NCBI RefSeq assembly: GCF_006345805.1
Contig: NC_043013.1
Coordinates: 3,844,001-3,908,000 of the forward strand
Source of the DNA: Octopus sinensis
Lineage: Eukaryota
DNA: 64,000 bases
Direction of reading: 5' to 3'
Positions 50,721-62,349 of this stretch are shown in pieces. How positions within the stretch are numbered: the first letter of the stretch is position 1; every line of letters starts with the position of its first letter. The position numbers and the translations under genes were made by a program. Below the pieces are notes generated by a model. That model saw only the letters and a list, made by a program, of their open reading frames with translations, was not told where the DNA came from and did not search any database.

Positions 50721-51344
50721 TGTCTGTGTATGTGTATAGAAAATAATTAAAAAGAGAATGGCCTTACGCCGTTCTCTTTAGAATTATTTTATTAAACGAT
50801 TTCCAAATAAATTTTAAGGTAGAGAATCTATATTTTAATCTAATTCTTTAAATTTGGTTTCTTAGACGGGCGAGAGCTGTCGTTGTAATTGCTTAATCTC
50901 ACTTTGTACTGGCAGATATAGAGAACAGGTAAATGTTTAAAGAGCCCCAAACAATTCGGTAGACAACGTGCATGTAACATAAGTGTGAATGCATGTGATT
51001 TCAAACGACTTTTCTTGGAGATGGTATAGATTTTAAGAATTCAGAAGATTAAGGTGTCCAGCAAAAATCTCAGTGTTTAAAAAACAAAACAAAGGGATTA
51101 AAATTTACGGTATCATAAGGCTTTGAAGCACACAAACGGAGAGCGTAGAGTGGACGTGCATACTCGTAAACGCTCGTCTCAGTATTTACTTGATTCATTC
51201 AGTCGCATTAGATAATCAAGTATGAAATTAATGATAATTCATGAGGTCGTCAGAAGCTTACCTCTGCTATTTATCGCTCGCCAAACACTGAACACAATCT
51301 AATATCGAACGTTTACAATTACTGTTGGAATATTAGAAATCACC

Positions 51345-51552
51345 AAGGCGGCGAGTTGGCAGAATCGTTACCGCGCCAGGCAAAATGCTTAGCAGCAGTC
51401 CATACGTCTTTACGTTCTGAGTTCAAATGCCGCCAGGGTCGACTTTGCCTTTCATCCCTCTCGGGTTTTATAAAAATCAGTACCAGTTGAACTCTGGGCG
51501 CGATTTAAGCGACTTAGTCCCTCCTTCAAACTTTGTGCTAAAATTTGAAACC
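51345..51552 (+). mobile_element. SINE family C
   Basis: Homologous to 31323. Confidence 0.85.
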
Positions 51553-52289
51553 AATATTAGTAACCAGCGCCAGATTACAGAAAATAGGATGTAAAATAGT
51601 CCTGTCCTATTCGAAAGTTAGAACATAATTTGGACATTAAAGTCGTTTTCAGTTGATGTCCAGGATTGTCAGAGCCCGGATGAACGAGTCCACAGGGTAG
51701 TAGACACTTATTTTAAAGACTGGCCATCAATACTTAACTCTCAAATATGTATAACCGCAGAATTAAAGAGTATTTGAACTTCATTTACTTCCACAGGAAA
51801 AGTCAACAGCGATAGACCATCGTTGTATCCAGAGGAAAACATCTTTTTTGTACTTAGTGTTACAAGATCGAAGATTAGAATAATCCCCAATGACTATTAT
51901 GATTTGTAAACGGATTAGTTAACTATCAGTTAGTGATAGCTAATTGAACTTCATTAGTTACACGATAATTATCTTGCTTAAAGCAATGAGTGTATTTCTG
52001 CATGCATCGTTTATCAGATTGGTGGATTATATTTCTCCATTTTCTCAGTTTATAATTTGAAAGATTACATTTTCCTAACAACATTCACAGAGAAGCGGAA
52101 TAGACTAAAAAGAACTGTTTCTGCTGGTGAACAGCATCATTTAATCTTACTCTACTTCATACACTAAAAACGCCATCCAGCCCCTTTCTTATGCATCCTG
52201 TACAAAATAAATGGCGGCCTCAAGCGGAATATGAGTTCGGACATGAATAGCTCAGGTTTCAAGACAATATAAAGAGAAATGCTTCTTAC

Positions 52290-52551
52290 CCGATCGCACT
52301 GAACAGTGAATGTGGCTTCTTGACTCGTAGTAAACCCAGTCAAAGCCTGCTTCCACAGCTAAACGTGCCAGCATCCCATAGCGTGATCGAACTCGATCAC
52401 TAGTAGTTATGTCCACTGCTCGACCCTCGTAGTGAAGTGATGTGGGTGCATGGTGGCCCTGTGTATCCCAAGCTTCAGTCACGCGTAATTTTACTCCAGG
52501 CCATTCATTCATGACAGCAATAGCCAGGGTATTTAGCTTGTCTTTACATCT
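52290..52551 (-). CDS. hh: Hedgehog, middle coding exon (exon 2; Hh-N signalling domain)
   Basis: [87 protein letters not shown]+G. Acceptor ccctttcag|AGA (phase 0) and donor TCGG|gtaag (phase 1). 262 bp = 87 codons + 1, the same size and phases as vertebrate Shh exon 2. Zn-site residues H140, D147, H182 and E176 are conserved. Confidence 0.97.
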
Positions 52552-52570
52552 CTGAAAGGGTAAAAAAAGC

Positions 52571-52609
52571 AATAATAATAATGATGATGATGATGATAAT
52601 AATAATGAA

Positions 52610-52678
<69 letters not shown>
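52571..52678. repeat. (AAT)n/(GAT)n microsatellite next to the hh acceptor
   Basis: Starts 20 nt from the exon boundary. Confidence 0.95.
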
Positions 52679-52681
<3 letters not shown>

Positions 52682-52737
52682 GTAGTGGCGCTATGGCCTC
52701 TGATCTTAACTGATTGGAAGTGTTATCATGTATGTGT

Positions 52738-52864
52738 AATCGACCCCGAAAGGATGAAAGGCAAAGTCGACCTCGGTGGAATTTGAACTCAGAACGTAGC
52801 GACAGACGAAATACGGGTACGCATTTCGCCCGGCGTGCTAACGTTTCTGCCAGCTCGCCTCCTT
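52738..52864 (-). mobile_element. SINE family C, 5' part
   Basis: Revcomp AAGGAGGCGAGCTGGCAGAAACG...CCTTTCGGGGTCGATT. Confidence 0.85.
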
Positions 52865-53563
52865 ATGCAAAATGATATACCGCACAGGCACAATTCTAAA
52901 TTACAATAACAAAATGATGAACACATGTCACAAACACGGATGTACGGCCAGTGGTTGCAGTAGGAATTTACATAATAGCTGAAATTACTATGATGATGGC
53001 GATGATAATAGCGACTAACTTAGGCACAAGGGCAGCAATTTTGTGGAGAGGGAGTTAAATGCCTATACTTGAGTGTTACACTATTTTATCGACCCCGGGA
53101 TGAATATAAAGCCAAGTTGACCTGGTGCGATTTGATCTTGAAAGATACACCGCATGGCATTTTGTCTGACGCTTTAACGATCGTCAATCCAGCAACCTAA
53201 TGATGACGATGATGCAGGTGATGATGATAATGGTTTGTTATTTAGGCAAAGGACCAGCAAATTCAAACAGAGGGGGACATGTTCCTGGCAACAGAATAAA
53301 GATTTCTGAAAAAAAAAAAAAAATTCAAATCACGAGAAAAAGGTTGTTATTCCAGTTGAAAGAGATTGTCAACAGACTGAAAGAAGTAAAATATGATTAT
53401 ATAAAGACGACAAAATCGAAGCAGAAATAGAAGAAAGATCAATGAGGAGAAAAGAAGTAGTGAGAGTGAAAATGAATTTTACTTGATGGGGGTAGGGAAA
53501 GAAATTACAGAAGAGAAAAGAAGCATACTTCAACACAGAATGAGGTGACCAGCTTCGAATGTA

Positions 53564-53629
<66 letters not shown>

Positions 53630-53925
53630 AGCAGTATAGAGACTCGTTAAACTATTAGCGAAAATCAAAGTAGTGAATGTAAAAGACGTAAATGAGCACA
53701 AATGTGTGCAGTCTCTGTTGCTGTTGACATTCACGGAGTCGGAAGTCAAGCAAAGTTCATGGTGGGAATAGAGAGTTGAGAATCAAGCTGAACAGCTCAT
53801 TAGAGATCTTGGAGGATAAGACAATGAAGGAAACATAAGGATGAATTCCAAAGAAAGCAAAGTATAAGACACAGAGGCTTTCAGGCTGCTAAAGAGAGAA
53901 AATACATAAAGAAAGATATGGCAAA

Positions 53926-54090
53926 GACGCAGGAGTGGCTGTGTGGTAAGTAGCTTGTTTACCAACCACATGGTTCCGGGCTCAGTCCCACTGCGTGGCA
54001 TCTTGGGCAAGTGTCTTCTGCTATAGCCCCGGGCCGACCAATGCCTTGTGAGTGGATTTGGTAGACGGAAACTGAAAGAAGCCTGTCGTA

Positions 54091-54123
<33 letters not shown>

Positions 54124-54351
54124 GCATGTGTGTGTTTGTGTGTCTGTGTTCGTCCCCCTTGCATTGCTTGACAACCGATGCTGGTGTGTTTACGTTCCCG
54201 TCACTTAGCGGTTCGGCAAAAGAGACCGATAGAATAAGTACTGGGCTTACAAAGAATAAGTCCTGGGGTCGATTTGCTCGACTAAAGGCGGTGCTCCAGC
54301 ATGGCCGCAGTCAAATGACTGAAACAAGTAAAAGAGTAAAAGAGTAAAGAG
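53926..54351 (+). mobile_element. SINE family B, full length
   Basis: Homologous to 12091-12497. Confidence 0.92.
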
Positions 54352-54489
54352 TATATCAACAACGAATAAATAAATATCAGCAAATCAAAATTTTGAGAAA
54401 CAATGGAGAATGAAATTTTATCAACAGCCGAATAATGAGAATGAACATCAGGAGAATGATATACCAAATGCTGAAGTAGTAAGGAAATT

Positions 54490-54610
54490 TCGGCTGCTGG
54501 ATAAGTCGATTACATCGACTCTAGTGTTCAACTGGTGCTTATTTTACCGACTCCGAAAGTCGACTTCCGTGGAATTTGAACCCAGAACATGAAGACAGAC
54601 GAAATACCGC
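54490..54610 (-). mobile_element. SINE family C fragment
   Basis: AAGTCGATTACATCGAC...GTCGAC...GAATTTGAAC. Confidence 0.65.
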
Positions 54611-54838
54611 CCATCAGTATTGGCTGGCATCTAAGAGAGGGTTAATGTGATAGAAAAGAAAGATGTTTAAAAAGATACTAAGCTGGAAAGCGTCTGGATC
54701 CGATGATGTCAAGGCATTCTAGCTTTAAAATCTCACAAGCATACACTGTACAAACAGTTCTTACGAGTGTAAGAAGAAACAATCATCAACTTGGATGACA
54801 AAAGCAAGGACAGTTTAATACAATATATATATATATAC

Positions 54839-54885
<47 letters not shown>

Positions 54886-54930
54886 ATATATATATATAGA
54901 TATATATATATATATTATATATATATAGAT

Positions 54931-54963
<33 letters not shown>

Positions 54964-54989
54964 AGTCAGTGATTGCCTATCATATGCTT

Positions 54990-55680
54990 ATCATTGCTCT
55001 GGAAATTGCTAACTGGTCTCAAAGCAGATGGTTTGTATATCTGACGAAAGAGAAACTGTTACCAGAAGAGTAAAAAAGGAACACAGAATGAAAACAAAGT
55101 GGGATTACTGATTTATTGTGTATGGATTAGAATGATATACAAAATGAAGTGTGGATAAGAAAGAACTTAGCTGTGCGGAAAAGGGAACGAAAATAATATT
55201 AACCATCTAAGCGAGTGCAGTAACTCTGTTGGTAAAATAATGCATGTTAAGCAAGTCTGTGGATTTGAAGCACCGGAAACACGAACTATTAAGGTGAATG
55301 GTAATTACAAGATTATGGTATTTCTCTCTGGAAACTGATCATATTATTGAAGCAAAGAGACCGGATATAATCGCGGTACCCGCGAATAATCAGTTTTTGC
55401 AACTTTATATGATAGTTGAGTGGATATGAAGGAAACTTAGAAGATTGAGAAACATCAGGGCCTCGCCAGAGAGACGAAGGGAATGTGGTACTACTCGAGT
55501 TACCCAGGCTGCTGATTAATATTAAAATTGAGACGTGTTGCTGACCCGTTGAGGAAAGCGATCCCTTTATTCTACAAGAAACTCAAGAAAGATTTTTGAG
55601 ATTTGAGGAGACTTGTTGTCACCAAATCTTAGGATAACATTCATATTAACATTTAAATTAGCATGTAATAGTTTTTGTAT
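54990..55680 (+). mobile_element. Highly degenerate RLE-type LINE 3' fragment
   Basis: ETDHIIEAKRPDII and KIEKHQGLARETKGMW; runs into (AAT)n. Confidence 0.6.
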
Positions 55681-55718
55681 AATAATAATAATAATAATGA
55701 AAATGATATAAAATGATA

Positions 55719-55754
<36 letters not shown>

Positions 55755-55846
55755 TAATAATGATAATAATAATAATAATAATAATAATGATAATAATAAT
55801 AATAATAATGATGATGATGATGATGAGATGATGATATGATATGATA

Positions 55847-55881
<35 letters not shown>

Positions 55882-55918
55882 AATGATAATAATAATGATG
55901 ATGATGATAATAATAATA

Positions 55919-55962
<44 letters not shown>

Positions 55963-55980
55963 TAAAAATAATAATAGTAA
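55680..55980. repeat. (AAT)n/(GAT)n microsatellite
   Basis: Seen directly. Confidence 0.95.
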
Positions 55981-56712
55981 TTAGAAGAATAGAAAAATAA
56001 GCAGCAAAGAACTAAGAAATTATTGTTTTATTTAGCCATAGAAAAAGATCAGCTTCCGAGATTACTGAGGTCATTGCCCCTAAAACTACAAAAGAACGCT
56101 TGCAAAAAAAATTCGTACGTACGAAATATTGATACAATTAAATATATATAGAATATTTAATTGAGAAAATTATTTAAAAATGTCTGAACAAAAGAAGATT
56201 CCTGCTAGAAAGGTCACGAATTCTCCATTAACCCTAAACCCTCTCACCTCAACTCACATTAAAGAGTCGGTGCATCGCTTACGTCATTCCACTTACTCTC
56301 ATTCGCTTTTAATTACTCATCTTTATTATATCAAAATTAATTTTAAATCCATTTCGGTTGGGCGCATGCGCCTCGATCATTTTCACACACACATACGCAC
56401 GCGCACGCCACACACACACACACACACACACGTATATAAGGTTGGTGTCCAACCACGCGGTTTCGGGTTTGGTCCCACGGCATCTTGGGTGATTGTCTTC
56501 TGCTATAGTCTTAAGGTAACCAAGGCATTATGAGTGAAACATGATGTACGGAAACCGCAAAAGCCCGTCATATGTATGCATACATGCATGTATGTATGTA
56601 TGTATGTATGTATGTATGTATGTATGTATGTATGTATATACCGGAGTAAACGCATAAATGTGAAACAAGGTGGAAAAAAGAGTACTCAAAAACCAGGGGT
56701 AGAGTACTAATG

Positions 56713-56820
56713 CTTTATTTAAAAGCAGCAAAATTCAACAAAAGAGTTCACTATCGGAGTTTCACGTTCCCGTGAAACTCCGAGTACAGGTTTCTGAATT
56801 TCTGCTGCTTTTAAATAAAG
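56713..56820. repeat. Nested inverted repeat
   Basis: Outer arms CTTTATTTAAAAGCAGCA.AAATTCA; inner 13-bp perfect stem TCGGAGTTTCACG-TTCC-CGTGAAACTCCGA (56754-56783). Confidence 0.85.
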
Positions 56821-56862
56821 TATATATTATATATATATATATATAATATATATATATATATC

Positions 56863-56894
<32 letters not shown>

Positions 56895-56960
56895 TATATT
56901 TATATATATATATTTATATATAATAATAATAATAATGTGTGTGTGTATGTGTGTGGTGAA

Positions 56961-57278
56961 GAAGGCCGTGGTTTACTGGTTAGGGTATTCGGTTCAAGAT
57001 CGTAAGTTCGTTAGTTCGACACACAACGGCGCGTTGTGTCCTTCTGAAATACTTTATTTTCATTTTGTCCCAATCCATTCAGCTGGCAAAAATGTGTGCT
57101 ACCTGTAATTAAAAGTACCAATCATGTCACATCTAGTGTTATGCTGAATCTCTCTGAGTACTACGTCAAGGATATGCGTGTGTCTACGGAGTGCTCAACC
57201 ACTTGCGCGTTAATTTCACGAGCTGGCTGTTCTGTTGATCGAATCAACAGGAACCCTCATCGTCGTGACCGACGGAGT

Positions 57279-57282
<4 letters not shown>
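56961..57282 (+). mobile_element. Hybrid SINE: family D head/middle plus family A 3' half
   Basis: 3' ~150 bp aligns with 23215-23368; a second copy is at 61441-61680. Confidence 0.7.
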
Positions 57283-57355
<73 letters not shown>

Positions 57356-57817
57356 CGTGTGTGTGTGCGACTCCCTTTCTGTCTTTTCTTTGAAAACCAT
57401 TGACATCCGAAGTCTTTCGCCATGCTCCCTAATATAACCCTTCAACAAACCGAGCGAGACAAGACAAGTGGCAGACAATGAAAACAAGTACTGGGCTCAG
57501 TATATCCAACTAAAACCTTTCAATCCAGTGTCTGTGCTCGACCGCAGTGCAATAACTGAAAGAGATAAAACAATGGAATGAAATAAACATCGTTTCAGTC
57601 TTTAGTAAATGCTTGGAGATTAGCTGCTGGATTAGTGACTCGACTCATATGACTAGTGCTGTGTTATATCCAAAGCACAGACATGTATCATGTAACATGG
57701 TCCTATGCAACATGGTCACAAACAGTTACTATTTGATGTTGTAGTACACCAATGTATGCAGCAAGTGCCACTGTATTGTTAACAAGTAGTTGATTAGAAT
57801 AGTATTTAGTTTGATTA

Positions 57818-58028
57818 CTTTTATCTTTTATCTTTTAGACTGCAGCAATGCTGGAGCAGCTCATTGAAGAACTTTTAGTTGAATAAGTCGCCCCTCCCCA
57901 GTCCTTCTTTTTTTCTGTTTTCTTTAACCCTAGAAATTATTCTATCAGGCTTTTTGCCGAGCTGCTAAGTTACGGGGTCATAAACGAGCCAACGCCGGTT
58001 AACAAGCGAAAGTGGAAGACAAACACTG

Positions 58029-58059
<31 letters not shown>

Positions 58060-58214
58060 ACGGGCTTCTTTCAGTTTACGTCCACCAAATCCACTCACAA
58101 GGTTTTGCTGAGCCCGAGGCTTTAGTAGAATACACTTTCCCACGGTGTCACTCAACAGGACTGAAACCAGAACCACGTGATTGGGAAGCAAACTTCTAAC
58201 CACACAGCCACGCC
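57818..58214 (-). mobile_element. SINE family B, diverged full length
   Basis: Homologous to 19976-20377. Confidence 0.82.
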
Positions 58215-59121
58215 CTCACTTATAGATAAATGAGCTTCTCCAAACTCACTAGAATCTAGTGATTAGATAAATACAGCCATCTTTAGGGCCTCTACAGCAC
58301 ATTGTGTTATGGGATTTAGCACTGCAATAGTATGTTTATACGTAGAGACAAAGTAATCTACACGAATATTTGAGCTGCAAAAATAGGAGTTACATCTTCT
58401 TCAAATCAAACCCTGTTGACACAACCCCTCCAAAAAAAACGTAATAACTTATTACATAATGTAGCCCTCGCTACATTATGTAAAACCAAGACGGATAATC
58501 GCAGAATATTTTTGATCAGAGCTAACCTGGCGCTAAAGAACAAAACATGCGTTTAAAGGTAATGTAGTAAAATGGGTTGTAGACAGAGAATGTTTAAACG
58601 TATTAGTAAACGTCATTAACATAGCAAATAGCAAGATACCAGCGGGCAAAACAACAAATCAAAGTGGGAACTGAATGTGAGGTTAAAGGGTTAATAAATT
58701 CACAGGTAGCGAACAGTGGCAGTACAAGTTGAAACGGAGGAGAAAATTTCAATTATAATTCTTGATTGAAGATTCATTGAAATTCGCCCGCGAACAAAAA
58801 GCTTTGCACTAACGTGAGCAAAGAGTGCAAAATAAAATTTAAAAAACAGAAGGAAGACCAGGACTTTTACATGAACGTATGCATGTACAGTGATACCAAC
58901 ACACATACACACAGGCACACGCACACACTGACACACACACACACACACACTCACGTACACACACACACACACACACACATATGTGTACACATGCACAGGT
59001 AAATGCATATATATATAGAATCAGAGGCGCTCTTTGAAGCTGCCGGCAGAAAAGACAAATTATTCATCATGAAGCCATCAAAGAAGAAATACGGGCGCGC
59101 ACACACATGCATATGTATATG

Positions 59122-59375
<254 letters not shown>

Positions 59376-59699
59376 TATGTATCTATCGAAATTAAGCGAA
59401 ACACAGAGTTGCCAGTGGCATAAATCTGAACAAAGACGAATAAAGGCATATTACATAATATACAACATAAATTCTTGTTTATTTAATTATCTTTGCATTC
59501 ACAGAAGGTAGTGCAATCGCTTGGTGACAATTGGTGCCAAATGTAAATGAGGAGAGGGGAGAAGTAGTCACAAGAACCAAGAATCGCCTCTATGATTCCA
59601 TCGAGGTATTGAGAATTCAAGTGAAACTAAAGCACGCACACGCACGCACACACACACACACACACCACACACACACACGCACACATACGCACACACACA

Positions 59700-59863
59700 C
59701 GACGGGCTTATTTCACTTTCCGTCTACCAAATCCACTCACAAGGCTTTAATCGGCCCGAGGTTATAAGTAGAAGACATTTGCCCAAGGTGCCACGCAGTG
59801 GGACTACACTCGGAACCACGAGATTGAGAAGCAAGCTTCTTACCACACAGCCACGCTTGCGCC
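59700..59863 (-). mobile_element. SINE family B, 5' half
   Basis: Homologous to the head of 19976-20377. Confidence 0.85.
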
Positions 59864-60284
59864 TACATACATATATATAGAGACCGCCCGAACTCAAGAT
59901 CTTTAGCGAGACACTGTATGTATGAATGTACCTGATGTGACCCAGACAGCAAAACTGATGCAACCCACCCATTAGGAACAACAGTAGGACGGGTCAAAGC
60001 GATCTTCGTACAAAATGAAGACTAATACCAAATCTATCTTCTGTTTCATTAATCGATTATATATATACATAAATAGAAATGTTATAATTTCTAAATCTCT
60101 CTAAAGGGAGAGATACAGCAGCAGTAATGGGTATTAATATTTATTGCCAAACAAATGTGGCAGTTCAAAGAAATAGGACGAATACTGCTGGGCGATCGCC
60201 TCTAGCTAGCTATATGGCGCACGAACCTGCGTCCATAAATCTTCGAACAGGAGAGGTCATCAACTTCCCCCTGTGGCTTGGTAC

Positions 60285-60325
60285 CCATAGACCGGTTTCG
60301 GAGTAGTTTTCTCTTATCAATGTGG
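60285..60325 (-). ncRNA. Minimal type I hammerhead motif (U3-A8 variant)
   Basis: CCACA-UUGAUAA-GAG(AAAACUA)CUC-C-GAAA-CCGG-UC-UAUGG; GUC triplet, palindromic ACCGGU. Confidence 0.6.
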
Positions 60326-60792
60326 AGCAGCCGAGTCCAGCAGGGGTCACCATTGACCTCTGTTCGAAGGCTTATATATTCAACGAAACACATTTACCGA
60401 TTTTCAAAAATAGAAATGTTATAATTTCTAAATCTCTTTAAAGGACAGATACAACAGCAGTACTGGGTATTAATATTTATTGCCAAACTAACGTGGCAGT
60501 CCAGAGGAATAGGAAGTCAACAAGAGGTTGATGACCTCCCCTGTTTGAAGGTTTACGGACGCAGGTTCGTGCCTCATATAGCTAGCAGCATTCGTCCTAT
60601 TTCTCTGGACTGCCACGTTAGTTTGGCAATAAATATTAATACTCAGTACTGCTGCTGTATCTCTCTCTCTTTAGAGAGATTTAGAAATTATGACATTTCT
60701 ATTTTTGAAAAACGGTGAATGTGTCTCACTGAATATATATAAAGAAAACCTTAGAACAGAGGTCATCGGCGACCCCTGCTAGACTAGGCTGC

Positions 60793-60836
60793 TCTACATT
60801 AACAAGTGGCAACTATCCCGAAACCGGTCTGTGAGT
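60793..60836 (+). ncRNA. Degenerate copy of the same hammerhead (G5>A)
   Basis: CUACA-UUAACAA-...-GAAA-CCGG-UC-UGUGAG. Confidence 0.4.
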
Positions 60837-61440
60837 GCCAAGTCAGAAGGGGAAGTTGATGACCTCTCCTGTTCGAAGGATTATGGACATAGGTTACTTT
60901 TGGGTAATGTGTGTGTGTGTGTGTGGTGAGGGAGAGAGTGTGTGTATGTGTATATATGAGCACTATCGTAATATTGGGTTTTAACTTGTATCCAGAAGCA
61001 GAGTTCTTTTTATTGTTTCCACTATGATGCTACATATGTATGGTATGTTTTAAAGCTACCGAAGATGCAGCGGACTACATTGAATCTGATTTTTTGCTTC
61101 ATTTCTTTCATTTTTCTTGCACTTACTTCTCTGCATATTAAACTAATTTGCAGTTTCTGCGAAACTATTTCCTTTCTGAAGTTCATTTAATATAATAATT
61201 TTCATTTAAAATTCTATTATTTAATTCTGCAAGTAATTAACAACATTATATAAAAATAATACTTACGTTAGTTTAGAGTGAGATGTATTTTTTACGGTAG
61301 AAGACGTGAAATGAAAGGAAAAAATGAAAGGAAATGAAAATTTGGAAGTGATGTCCTCTTCCTCTCTCTTTTCCTATTTCCTTCCCTCCCGCTCTACCTC
61401 TTCTCTCTCTCCCTTTCCCCTCCCCCCCCTCTCTCTCTTG

Positions 61441-61680
61441 ACAGCGCGTGGTTTAGTGGTTAGGGTGTTCAGCTCATGGCGGCGCATTGAGCAAGGCACT
61501 TTATTTCACATGTGCTCCAGTCCACTCAACTGGCAAGAATGAGTTGTATCTGTAATGCAAAGGGCCACTTTCGTCACATCCAGGGTCACGGTGAATCTCT
61601 TTGTCGAGTGCTCAGTCACTTGCAAGATAATTTCACGAGCAGGCTGATCCGTCGATCGGATCAACTGTGGTAACCAATGA
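61441..61680 (+). mobile_element. Hybrid SINE (D head plus A tail), diverged
   Basis: Homologous to 56961-57282. Confidence 0.65.
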
Positions 61681-61924
61681 AGAGCCGGTTATATATAATC
61701 AGTGAATGATATTCGACCGAAACCAAAGCCGTGTTAAGGTGAAACCACGCAAACCGAAGGACAGCTTCATTTGAACATTATTTTACAGACATAGTTCGTT
61801 TCATTCTTTCTCATTCCTTACTTCTGTAGTTCATACAAGGTAAGCCTATTTCTGTTATGTTATTTGCATTCGCCGTGTGTATTTTAATACCCTTATTGAA
61901 TTCTCTCTCTGGACGCCATGATAG

Positions 61925-62120
61925 ATCGTTAGCTCCTACACGCATTTTTTCTCTCCTTGTTCTCTCCTGTTTTTTTCTGTGTATCTTTCTGTCTAAGAAG
62001 CGTAGGCTCGAAACGTAAAAGACTTGTTCTATTTCTATTCCTGAGCGCTATACTAATACATTGTTTGTTTTAGTACTCCACCTACCTTCGTCTTTTGTTT
62101 ATTTTCGTAAACCCTTCCGT
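61925..62120 (+). mobile_element. Penelope-type terminal repeat with degenerate hammerhead (61984-62022)
   Basis: UCUUU-CUGUCUA-A-GAAGC(GUAG)GCUC-GAAA-CG-UA-AAAGA; homologous to 43640-43823. Confidence 0.55.
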
Positions 62121-62143
62121 TTATATATTATATATTTATATAT

Positions 62144-62224
<81 letters not shown>

Positions 62225-62264
62225 TATATATATATGTAATATATATATATATATATATATATTA

Positions 62265-62300
<36 letters not shown>

Positions 62301-62307
62301 CGTGTGT

Positions 62308-62349
<42 letters not shown>

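Larger units (their letters stand above)
60071..60895. repeat. Tandem plus inverted array of a ~335-bp hammerhead-bearing monomer
   Basis: Direct repeat 60071/60408 (period 337); inverted block ~60522-60895 with its own period of 328. Confidence 0.88.

Noticed and set aside
55041-55064. CTGACGA...GAAAC hammerhead-like string
   Set aside because: Only 4 nt separate the core halves, so no stem II can form.
58453-58482. 12-bp hairpin TACATAATGTAG/CTACATTATGTA
   Set aside because: Isolated, AT-rich, and inside an old repeat; no supporting context.
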